Shown: positions 8,419 to 16,616 of the stretch, in pieces
Position numbering within the stretch: the first letter of the stretch is position 1
How the letters are laid out: each line of letters opens with the position of its first letter
Assembly (NCBI GenBank): GCA_034004515.1
Contig: JAVEWN010000006.1
Coordinates: 6,615 to 70,614, forward strand
Reading direction: 5' to 3'
DNA: 64,000 nt
Origin: Anaerolineales bacterium
GTDB lineage: Bacteria; Chloroflexota; Anaerolineae; Anaerolineales; Villigracilaceae
Program-made: the position numbers and the translations under genes
The notes under the pieces: model-generated
Told to the model about the DNA's origin: nothing
Databases searched by the model: none
What the model saw: the letters and a program-made list of their open reading frames with translations, nothing else

Positions 8419-9444
8419 TTAGTCAGCATCCCCATTTTTGGGGGCCAGCCCCAACTGGGCGGCCTGTTCGTAGGTGAGTTTATCGGGCTCGGTATACTGC
8501 GGGCCTTGCTCGAGGGCCTGATCCCAAAAAGCATTGGCATCGATTTTGTTATCGGGTACTTTTCTGAGGAGTTCCTCGAATTCCAGCGGAATGGTGGCCG
8601 ATTCCATGAAAGCAGGGATTCCGTGCGGGATGGGTTCTTCAACCGGCGACTCGCCTTCGATTTGTTCAAAAATTTCTACAATTTTTTGTTTGCTGGCATT
8701 GAGCGTATTAATGGTTTTAGAAATGGACAATAAATCGGCCAGCCCGCGCCCAACCACCCACAAGACATGTGATTTTCCGAGCGGGATGAAAACAAGATCG
8801 TGCTCGTCGCAATCAAACAGGTGAAGATGGTAATTGCTCTTGCCCAACAAGCTGGCGGCTTTCTGGGCGGCGTTGTGCATCCCCATCAGCGAGGAAATCA
8901 ACGAAACCTTGTGGTTGGTGTCTGGCAGCTGGCCGGCTTCGGCCTGAACGTGCCCAAGGCTGTCGAGCAGGAAAACCGCGTCCGCAGCCAGGTCTTTGCG
9001 AATTCCTACCAGCAGGTCGGCCAGGGTTTGGTTATCTTCTGGCTCGGGCTCTGCGGAAGACTGCAAGATGGTGCGGGCCAGGCCGAGAGATCGCTCAACA
9101 GCGTCCAAAAAGTCGGCCATCGGGACGGGCTTGGTAAAGAAAGCATCTGCGCCTGCTTTCCCAATATCAGCCCGGGTTTTTGGTTCAGAGACGCCAGAAA
9201 TAATGATGATTTTCATCTCAGGATAGCGGGCGCGCATTTTTTGCATCAATTCAAGGCCGCTCATGCCCGGCAAGCGATAATCGACCACCAGCAAATCGAC
9301 CGAAACGCGGCTGGCTTCCAGCAGCGCTTCTTCGCCAGAAGGAGCTTCGCTCACATCCAGTCCCTGCTCAATTGTTTCAAGCGCCGAGCGTAATAAACGG
9401 CTTACTTCGCGCTGATCGTCCACAATCAAAATACGTTTTGTCAT
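8419..9444 (-). CDS. Response regulator: receiver domain fused to a Roadblock/LC7-like domain and an acidic tail
   Basis: Start set to the ATG at 9444 (AGGTGG upstream). REC motifs ILIVDDQ, LLVVDYRLPGMSG and IIIISG. The central region (AVFLLDSLGHVQAEAG...VFIPLGKSHVLWVV) resembles Roadblock/MglB-type domains. Confidence 0.8.
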   Translation of the reverse strand: MTKRILIVDDQREVSRLLRSALETIEQGLDVSEAPSGEEALLEASRVSVDLLVVDYRLPGMSGLELMQKMRARYPEMKIIIISGVSEPKTRADIGKAGADAFFTKPVPMADFLDAVERSLGLARTILQSSAEPEPEDNQTLADLLVGIRKDLAADAVFLLDSLGHVQAEAGQLPDTNHKVSLISSLMGMHNAAQKAASLLGKSNYHLHLFDCDEHDLVFIPLGKSHVLWVVGRGLADLLSISKTINTLNASKQKIVEIFEQIEGESPVEEPIPHGIPAFMESATIPLEFEELLRKVPDNKIDANAFWDQALEQGPQYTEPDKLTYEQAAQLGLAPKNGDAD

Positions 9445-9523
9445 TTTAACCACCTGAGATCGAGGATGGAAGTATTATAAATCAAAACTTTCCCCCGTCT
9501 CTGTCAAAGCGAGGGAAAGTCTG

Positions 9524-10537
9524 TCACTCATACAGCCAGCACGAAACCCAATGGTCTGCGCCAACTTCTTTGAGCAGCGGTTCTTCCTGCGAACAAATCT
9601 GCATGGCAACCGGGCAGCGCGGATGAAAGCGGCAGCCCTTTGGCGGGTTGAGCGGGCTGGGCACGTCCCCTTTAAGGATGGTGCGTTCGCGCTTGAGGGT
9701 CGGGTCTGGAATCGGAATGGCCGACATGAGGGCTTTGGTATAAGGGTGGAGCGGGTTGGCGAACAACTCATCCCGCGCTGTCAGCTCGACGATTTTACCC
9801 AGGTACATGACCGCCACGCGGTCTGAAATATGCTCGACAACGCTCAGGTTATGGGCAATGAAAAGGTAGGTCAGGCCGAATTCGGCTTGCAAATCTTTCA
9901 AAATGTTCAAAACTTGTGACTGAATGGAGACATCCAGGGCCGAAACAGGCTCGTCGCAAACGATGAATTTGGGCCGCAGCGCCAGGGCGCGCGCGATCCC
10001 AATCCGCTGGCGCTGCCCGCCTGAAAATTCATGCGGATAACGCCGGGCATGATAATCTTCGAGGCCAACTTTCTTAAGCGTGTCGAGCATCATCTCGAAA
10101 CGCTGCTGGCGATCACCCACGTTGTGGATGTTCAAGCCCTCCATCACCGATTCGCCAATCGGCATGCGCGGGTCAAGCGAGGCATACGGATCTTGGAAAA
10201 TGATTTGCATATTACGGCGCATGTGCTTTAATTCCGCGCCGCGTAATTTGAGCACGTTCTGACCGTCAAAAGTGACTTCCCCTGAAGTCGGCTCGATCAA
10301 CCGCAGCATCGAACGCCCGACGGTGGTTTTGCCGCAGCCCGATTCGCCCACCAGCCCCAATGTCTCTCCTTCACGGACGGTAAAGGAGACCTTGTCGACA
10401 GCCTGAACCTGGGCAACCACCCGCTGCAACAAGCCGGCCCGGACCGGGAAATATTTAACCAGATTCTCAACCTTAACCAACTCTTTGGTATTTTTGGGCA
10501 GCGTCGGTTGGGGCTGTCTTTCGAGCTTTTCTGTCAT
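9524..10537 (-). CDS. Oligopeptide/dipeptide-type ABC transporter ATP-binding protein (OppF/DppF-like), second pair
   Basis: Start moved to the ATG at 10537 (AGGAGA upstream). Walker [10 protein letters not shown], signature FSGGQRQR, C-terminal HPYT / CRFHPRC motif. Confidence 0.9.
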   Translation of the reverse strand: MTEKLERQPQPTLPKNTKELVKVENLVKYFPVRAGLLQRVVAQVQAVDKVSFTVREGETLGLVGESGCGKTTVGRSMLRLIEPTSGEVTFDGQNVLKLRGAELKHMRRNMQIIFQDPYASLDPRMPIGESVMEGLNIHNVGDRQQRFEMMLDTLKKVGLEDYHARRYPHEFSGGQRQRIGIARALALRPKFIVCDEPVSALDVSIQSQVLNILKDLQAEFGLTYLFIAHNLSVVEHISDRVAVMYLGKIVELTARDELFANPLHPYTKALMSAIPIPDPTLKRERTILKGDVPSPLNPPKGCRFHPRCPVAMQICSQEEPLLKEVGADHWVSCWLYE

Positions 10538-10556
10538 TTCTAAATCTCCTCGCTGC

Positions 10557-11597
10557 TTATTGCGCAAAGTCTGCGATCGATAGGGGCGCCTGATGACCTT
10601 CGGCATCCTGGTAAAGCCAGCAGCGCACCTTATGATCGTGTTCCGGCTCGCGCAAATCTGGAGATTGAAGCGTGCAAATTTCGAGGTGATACTCTTCCCG
10701 GGCGCGGCAGCGCGGGGCAAAGCGGCAGCCCACAGGCAGGTTGACCAAATTCGGCACCGAACCGGGAATGACTTCCAGCCGGTTTTTCAGCTTTCCCAAC
10801 ACCGGGATGGAGCCAATCAGTCCCTGGGTGTAAGGGTGCATTGGCCGCGCGAAAATGGTCTCGACGTTGGCCTGTTCAACGATTTGCCCGGCGTACATGA
10901 CCGCAACCCGCTCGCACATTTCCGAGACCACACCCAGATCGTGCGTAATCAGAATAATCGCCGTGCCAATATTCTCGCGCAAGTTACGCATCAGATCCAA
11001 GATCTGGGCCTGAATCGTAACGTCCAGGGCGGTGGTCGGCTCATCTGCGATCAGCAGGTTGGGCACGCAAGCCAGCGCCATTGCAATCATCACGCGCTGG
11101 GCCATTCCGCCCGAAAGCTCGTGCGGATAGGCCTCGGCCCGTCGATCTGGTTCAGGAATGCCCACCATCTGGAGCAGTTCAATCGCGCGCGCCAGACCCG
11201 CTTCCTTGCCCATGCCCTGATGAATGCTGAGCACCTCCGCAATCTGATCGCCAACCTTGAAAACCGGATTGAGAGCCGTTTGCGGCTGCTGGAAAATCAT
11301 CGAGATGCGGTTGCCTCGAACTTGGATCATCTCTTCTTCGCTGGCTCGGACCAGGTCTTTGCCTTCGAAAAAGATTTCACCTGCAATGATTTTCCCCGGG
11401 TCGCTGATCAGGCGCATAATTGAGAGCGAAGTAACGCTCTTGCCGCAGCCTGACTCGCCGACCAGACCCAAAACCTCCCCAGGGTTGACGTAAAAGTCGA
11501 CGCCATCGACCGCCTTGACCTCGCCATCTTCGGTGAAGAAATAGGTTTTTAGGTTTTTTACTTCCAGCAAGTGTTGGTTTGGTTCTTGTTGGTTCAC
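10557..11597 (-). CDS. Oligopeptide/dipeptide-type ABC transporter ATP-binding protein (OppD/DppD-like), second pair
   Basis: Walker A GESGCGKS, signature LSGGMAQR, Walker [10 protein letters not shown]-terminal HPYT / CRFAPRC. Confidence 0.9.
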   Translation of the reverse strand: MNQQEPNQHLLEVKNLKTYFFTEDGEVKAVDGVDFYVNPGEVLGLVGESGCGKSVTSLSIMRLISDPGKIIAGEIFFEGKDLVRASEEEMIQVRGNRISMIFQQPQTALNPVFKVGDQIAEVLSIHQGMGKEAGLARAIELLQMVGIPEPDRRAEAYPHELSGGMAQRVMIAMALACVPNLLIADEPTTALDVTIQAQILDLMRNLRENIGTAIILITHDLGVVSEMCERVAVMYAGQIVEQANVETIFARPMHPYTQGLIGSIPVLGKLKNRLEVIPGSVPNLVNLPVGCRFAPRCRAREEYHLEICTLQSPDLREPEHDHKVRCWLYQDAEGHQAPLSIADFAQ

Positions 11598-11737
11598 GGG
11601 GATTCTCCAAAGAGCAGGGATGGTTATGATTATAGCAAAAAAACAGGAGCGAGACGCCTAAAATAAAAGTCGCCTTTGCTATTCATCGTAAAAATAAGAG
11701 GATTTATCGTCCCCAATTCTTAAAGAACCACAAAAAT

Positions 11738-11779
11738 GAAAAGGCCTGCCTTTGCCGTAAAGCAAAAGCAGGCCTTTTC
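11738..11779 (-). terminator. Intrinsic terminator ending the first ABC operon
   Basis: 17-18-bp stem GAAAAGGCCTGCCTTTGC / GCAAAAGCAGGCCTTTTC (one mismatch) with a 6-nt loop. It is followed on the minus strand by CATTTTTG, 46 nt after the stop at 11825. Confidence 0.7.
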
Positions 11780-11824
11780 CACGTTTATCGCCTCACAGTC
11801 CTGGATGAAGGAGAGCGATTGCGC

Positions 11825-12043
11825 TTATTTATCGTCAGAGTCACGCTTGCGCAGTTCGATTGCTTTCCAGGCGATTCCGATCGTGCCAAGAATCATGCCG
11901 CCAAGCTGGGCTGTGAATGCAAAGAAGTTGAGAAAAAAGGTGGATTCGATGACCTTTATTACCATCAGAAAAGGTAAGACAGCTCCCAACAAAGCCAGCA
12001 AAAAACCAATCACAATCCAGTTGCGCGGATGCTTAATATCCAT
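11825..12043 (-). CDS. Small two-helix membrane protein (72 aa)
   Basis: ORF track. Two hydrophobic helices (WIVIGFLLALLGAVLPFLMVI and FFAFTAQLGGMILGTIGIAW). Starts 3 nt after the ATPase gene stop and is followed by a terminator. Confidence 0.55.
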   Translation of the reverse strand: MDIKHPRNWIVIGFLLALLGAVLPFLMVIKVIESTFFLNFFAFTAQLGGMILGTIGIAWKAIELRKRDSDDK

Positions 12044-12045
12044 TT

Positions 12046-13074
12046 TTACTTATATAACCAGCAAGAAGTCTGGTGGCGCGGTTCGATCTCGAACTCTGGC
12101 GGCTCCTCGATCTCACATAAGCCTGGGATCATGCGCGAGCAACGCGGGTGGAAGCGGCAGCCCGGCGGAGGATTGACCAGGCTGGGCGGTTCTCCGGGGG
12201 GAACCTCTTTGTAAGACAAGGCATTGTTGGCGTCAGGGTCTGAAGTACCGGCCAAAAGGGCATTGGTGTAGGGATGGCTGGCGTTGTGCAGAATGTCGTG
12301 CACGCCTGATTTCTCAACCAATTTGCCCGCATACATGACAAAGATGCGCTCCGAGAAATAGCTGACGGTTGAAAGGTCGTGGGTGATATACATGACAGAC
12401 AAATCGTGCTGTTCCTGCAAGCCCCGCAGCAATTTAAGAATCTCAACCCGGACGGAGGCGTCCAGCATCGAAACCGGCTCGTCTGCCACCAGGAAGCGCG
12501 GCTCCATAATCATGGCGCGCGCAATTACAACACGCTGCTGCTGTCCACCGCTGAGCATGTGAGGGAATTTCTTCAAGAAATCGCTCACCGGACTCATCTT
12601 GACTTCTTCCATGACCTTGTAGACGCGGGCTTCGCGCTCCGCCTTATCCTTGACTCCGCCTACAATCAGCGGTTCTTCGAGAATACGCTCGACCGTCATA
12701 AAGGGCGGCAAAGCGCCGTACGGGTCCTGCTGGACGTATCCCACCTGCCCGCGATACCAGCGCATTTCGGCGGCGCTCATTTTGCTGATATCTTTGCCAT
12801 CAAAGAGGATTTCACCTTTTGTGGGGCGGTATAAAGCCAGGATGGTTTTCATCAAGCTCGATTTACCGCAGCCCGATTCGCCGACGACCGCAATTGCCTC
12901 GCCGCGCTGAACGTCAAAGGTGACGTTGTCCACAGCGCGGACGTATCCGGCATGACCAAAGCCCCAGCGCCGCAGTTCAAACCAAACATGTAAATTTTTG
13001 ATCGAGATCAAGACATCCCGTTTTTTTTGCTCAGTGATAACTTCAGAGGTGATCGTTTCAGCAGTCATACTCAA
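12046..13074 (-). CDS. Oligopeptide-type ABC transporter ATP-binding protein (OppF-like), first pair
   Basis: Walker [10 protein letters not shown], signature LSGGQQQR, HPYT and CRFHPRC motifs. ATGA overlap with the upstream ATPase gene. Confidence 0.9.
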   Translation of the reverse strand: MSMTAETITSEVITEQKKRDVLISIKNLHVWFELRRWGFGHAGYVRAVDNVTFDVQRGEAIAVVGESGCGKSSLMKTILALYRPTKGEILFDGKDISKMSAAEMRWYRGQVGYVQQDPYGALPPFMTVERILEEPLIVGGVKDKAEREARVYKVMEEVKMSPVSDFLKKFPHMLSGGQQQRVVIARAMIMEPRFLVADEPVSMLDASVRVEILKLLRGLQEQHDLSVMYITHDLSTVSYFSERIFVMYAGKLVEKSGVHDILHNASHPYTNALLAGTSDPDANNALSYKEVPPGEPPSLVNPPPGCRFHPRCSRMIPGLCEIEEPPEFEIEPRHQTSCWLYK

Positions 13075-14042
13075 CTCCCGTTTTCGTGTTCATACAACCA
13101 GCATTTGACAGTCCGCCCCTGTCTTTGGAAGACCGGCGGCTCCTGATCACATTTTTCAAAACGCGAAACGCAGCGCGCCGCAAAACGGCAGCCGGTAGGC
13201 GGGTTGATCAGGCTGGGAGGTTGTCCCGTAATAAACTCAAGCTCACTTGTCTGACGCAGGCGGGGAACGCTGGCCATCAACTTTTTAGAGTAGGGGTGCA
13301 ACGGCTCGGTGAAAAAGCGCATCGCGTCACCGGTTTCAACAATTTGACCGGCGTACATCACCGCCACGTCATCGGCCAGTTCACTGGAGGTGGCAATGTC
13401 ATGCGTAATCAGAATGAAACTGACGCCGAGGTCCTTTTTGATGCGCTTCAGCACGTTGAAAATATTGGCCTGGGTCAAGACATCCAGGGCCGAGGTTGGC
13501 TCGTCCAAAACTACCAGGTTGGGCGAGGTAATCAACGCCATGGCAATCGCCACGCGCTGGCGCATTCCGCCGCTTAGCTCAAAGGGGTAACGGTCAAGAA
13601 AATCGACAGAAATGCCCACGTGCTGGAACATTTTACGGCCCATCTCCAGGGCTTCCTGCTTGCTGACGCCGAGGTGGATGATGGCCGGTTCCGCCACCTG
13701 TTCGCCAACTTTCAGGACCGGGTTAAGCGAGTTCATCGCCGCCTGCGGCACCAAAGACATTGCCACCCAGCGCACATTTTGACGAAATTCTTCATCGTCT
13801 AACGCCATCGTGTCTTTGCCTTCGACAAAGACCTTGCCAGAATAAGCGTGGACGTTTCGCGGCAGCATCCGCAAGATGGCTTTGGCAAGCGATGTTTTTC
13901 CGCAGCCCGATTCGCCCAAAATCACGACGGCGCGGTGGTAATTAAGCTCAAGGTTGACCCCATCGACTGCCTGGACAACACCCGCTCCTGCGCGGAAATG
14001 GAGCAAGAGATCTTCTATGCGTAACAACATTTTATCAGCCAT
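13071..14042 (-). CDS. Oligopeptide-type ABC transporter ATP-binding protein (OppD-like), first pair
   Basis: Walker [10 protein letters not shown], signature LSGGMRQR, Walker B LVVLDEPT, C-terminal CRFAARC. Confidence 0.9.
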   Translation of the reverse strand: MADKMLLRIEDLLLHFRAGAGVVQAVDGVNLELNYHRAVVILGESGCGKTSLAKAILRMLPRNVHAYSGKVFVEGKDTMALDDEEFRQNVRWVAMSLVPQAAMNSLNPVLKVGEQVAEPAIIHLGVSKQEALEMGRKMFQHVGISVDFLDRYPFELSGGMRQRVAIAMALITSPNLVVLDEPTSALDVLTQANIFNVLKRIKKDLGVSFILITHDIATSSELADDVAVMYAGQIVETGDAMRFFTEPLHPYSKKLMASVPRLRQTSELEFITGQPPSLINPPTGCRFAARCVSRFEKCDQEPPVFQRQGRTVKCWLYEHENGS

Positions 14043-14047
14043 GTGGG

Positions 14048-15394
14048 TTACATCCCTCTAAGTCTCGGATTGAAGATACGGTCGAGGGCAAAGCCAAGCA
14101 TGGCAAAACCCAAACCGGTTACCATCAGCAAAACTGCCGGTTCCAAAATCCAGTAGTAATATCCCTTATATAAAGCGCCGTTGTTCTGGGCGTCGTTGAT
14201 GATCTTGCCCCAGGTGGGCAAAACCGGATCGCCAAGCCCAAGCACAGCCAGGGATGCTTCGAGGAAAACAAAAGCCGGGACAGACGAAACCAGGCCAGGG
14301 ATCAGCAGCGGAATCATACGCGGAATTAAGTATAAAAAGATGATGCGCGCATCTGAAGCGCCGTAAGCGCGCGCTGCTTCAATATACGTCGATTCTCTGG
14401 TTTGTAAGAAGATGGCCCGGTAACTTTTAATCGAGGCTGTAAAGATGCTGAGCAGGATGGTCGCGCCTAAAATAACCCAAATGCTGCGCGAATAAAACGT
14501 TCCCACCATAATCAAGATCGGCAGGAAGGGCAGCACCAGGTTAACTTCAGTGATACGCTGGATGAGTTCATCAACCCAGCCGCCGTACCAGGCCCCAATC
14601 GCGGCGATAATCATCGTCAGAACAGAAGTTCCAAGCGAAGCGATCAACCCGAAGGCCAGGGCGACCGGAATACCCCACATCAAGGGCAGGGTCAGGTCGC
14701 GGCGAGCGTGATCCGTACCGGCCAAGCCATACACCTGGCCGTGAAAGACAAACTCGGCATCGATGTCTGAGCCTTCTTCAAAAGTTACCCCTTTCAGGAC
14801 GAGCTGATAGGTTCCTTTAACCGGCACAAGCGGGCCTTCGGCGTCGAGGTTGGCAAACAAACCTTCGACCGGGCTGACGCCGCCCAGGCGGCGGATCAGC
14901 TTTTCGTCCTGTGAGAAGCGGTAAGTGACTTTATTGGCCACGCCAAAGTCTGAGACTCTGATTTCTCGTTGATCAGGGGTAATCAGCACAATCGAAACGA
15001 AAGGCTGCTTGCTTTCAAAAGTTGAATTGAAGTAAAGCAGCATTTCCTGCGGGAAAACGTCAAAATCATAATCAAAGGTATAGGTCAGGTTGATCCGGGA
15101 GGTGCCTTTATCGCCGGGGATCACCTCGCGAACCACGTCCGGGTCTGCGGAGGTCATCGAGAAAGACTCGGCCAGTTTCTTTTCGGTGAAATTGTTGAAC
15201 CAGGCCGGCGGCGCATATTTCGGATTTTTATACCAGACTTCCTCACCACCGCGCCATAAAGAGATGGCGGTGCTGTACGGGATGGTGATGACGACATAGA
15301 TTGAAGCAATGATCAACACCAAGACAACGATCAACCCGGCAATCGCAGAAGGGTATTGCAACAAACTGGAAAATGCTTTTTTTATGGTATTCAT
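14048..15394 (-). CDS. ABC transporter permease (OppC/DppC-like) with a long extracytoplasmic insert
   Basis: Multi-pass membrane protein with a ~200-aa loop after TM1 and the conserved permease core (YIEAARAYGASDARIIFLYLIPR). Start taken at the ATG at 15394, 2 nt after the upstream stop; a GTG at 15406 is possible. Confidence 0.9.
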   Translation of the reverse strand: MNTIKKAFSSLLQYPSAIAGLIVVLVLIIASIYVVITIPYSTAISLWRGGEEVWYKNPKYAPPAWFNNFTEKKLAESFSMTSADPDVVREVIPGDKGTSRINLTYTFDYDFDVFPQEMLLYFNSTFESKQPFVSIVLITPDQREIRVSDFGVANKVTYRFSQDEKLIRRLGGVSPVEGLFANLDAEGPLVPVKGTYQLVLKGVTFEEGSDIDAEFVFHGQVYGLAGTDHARRDLTLPLMWGIPVALAFGLIASLGTSVLTMIIAAIGAWYGGWVDELIQRITEVNLVLPFLPILIMVGTFYSRSIWVILGATILLSIFTASIKSYRAIFLQTRESTYIEAARAYGASDARIIFLYLIPRMIPLLIPGLVSSVPAFVFLEASLAVLGLGDPVLPTWGKIINDAQNNGALYKGYYYWILEPAVLLMVTGLGFAMLGFALDRIFNPRLRGM

Positions 15395-15395
15395 A

Positions 15396-16514
15396 TTAAT
15401 TCCCACCGCCCACTTTTACTCTGGGGTCAACCAACGCATAGGCAAAATCCAGCAAGAACACGGTAATTGCCAGAAGATAGGCATAAATAATAGTTGAACC
15501 CACAATCACCGGCGTATCGTACAGGCCAATCGCCTGGAACGAGGTACGGCCCAGCCCCGGCCACAGAAAAACGGTTTCGGTAATAATCGCGCCGGTCCAC
15601 AAACTGATCAGGATTAGCGCAAAATTGGTAATGATATTGGGCAGGGTCGGGCGCAAAATATAACGACTCTCAATATCGCGCGAGCGCAGGCCTTTGGCTT
15701 TGGCTAATTCCACGTAATCTTCACTGGAATAGATCAAAAAGAAAGTGCGCCAATTGTAAATGCTGATAAAAATGGAACTGATAATCAGGGACGAAGCAGG
15801 CAAAATCAGATGTTTCAGAAGACTAAGCGCATACTCGAACTTATTATCAGGCGGGGGAGCAGAAACCATGCCGCCAAAGGGCAGAACCCTCCAGATGGCC
15901 GCAAAGAGCAGAATGAAGAAAATACCGTAAAACCAGGGAGGCGCAGCCGAGGCGGGCGAGAGCGTAATCACCAACTTGTCCCAAAAGCTGCCGTATTGCC
16001 GCGAAAGGGCCAGCGCCAGATAAAGACTGAGGAAAAACAAAATGAGATTGGAGGTGCCCATTAGCAGCAGAGTCGCGGGCAGGCGTTCGAGAATAATCAA
16101 ACGGACCTGGCGCGAGCCGCTGTCGCTGGACATGTTGAGGGCGCGCCCCAAGTTCAATCGCAGGGCATTCCCCAGATAGCGAAAGTTTCGGATTGCGACA
16201 GGCGTATCCAGGCCCAGGCGTTTCTCTTGCAATCTGATCGTATCCTCGGCCAGTTTTTTCTTAACGTCTGTGGCCATACTTTTGTTCGCAGGGTTATTCA
16301 TCACCTGCATGGTGACATTCTCGCGAATTTCGGAGCGCATGATGTTGTCTACATAACCGCCCATATTTGCGATGTTAATCGTCAAATAAACGCCGATCAC
16401 AATCGTTACAAAAAGTGTGAGTAACCTCACACCGGTGTAACGCGCCACGCGCAAGAGGGTGCTGCTGCCTGAAGATTTTTTTTCAGATGAACCTGACTGG
16501 CTGCCTGATGTCAT
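15396..16514 (-). CDS. ABC transporter permease (OppB/DppB-like)
   Basis: Start moved to the ATG at 16514 (AAGAGGA upstream); the longer ORF would read through a hairpin. Permease core motif ELAKAKGLRSRDIESRYILRP. Confidence 0.9.
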   Translation of the reverse strand: MTSGSQSGSSEKKSSGSSTLLRVARYTGVRLLTLFVTIVIGVYLTINIANMGGYVDNIMRSEIRENVTMQVMNNPANKSMATDVKKKLAEDTIRLQEKRLGLDTPVAIRNFRYLGNALRLNLGRALNMSSDSGSRQVRLIILERLPATLLLMGTSNLILFFLSLYLALALSRQYGSFWDKLVITLSPASAAPPWFYGIFFILLFAAIWRVLPFGGMVSAPPPDNKFEYALSLLKHLILPASSLIISSIFISIYNWRTFFLIYSSEDYVELAKAKGLRSRDIESRYILRPTLPNIITNFALILISLWTGAIITETVFLWPGLGRTSFQAIGLYDTPVIVGSTIIYAYLLAITVFLLDFAYALVDPRVKVGGGN

Positions 16515-16538
16515 GCTCTGTCCTCTTAATTTAGGATA

Positions 16539-16569
16539 GATAGGGGCAAGGAGAACCCTTGCCCCTATC
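16539..16569 (-). promoter_or_regulatory. Intercistronic stem-loop between the binding-protein gene and the permease genes
   Basis: Perfect 13-bp stem GATAGGGGCAAGG / CCTTGCCCCTATC with a 5-nt loop. No U-tract follows on the minus strand. Confidence 0.7.
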
Positions 16570-16616
16570 CTGATCACTTTGTTTGGTGCATTTGAAGCCT
16601 AAAAAGCAGGCTTACC

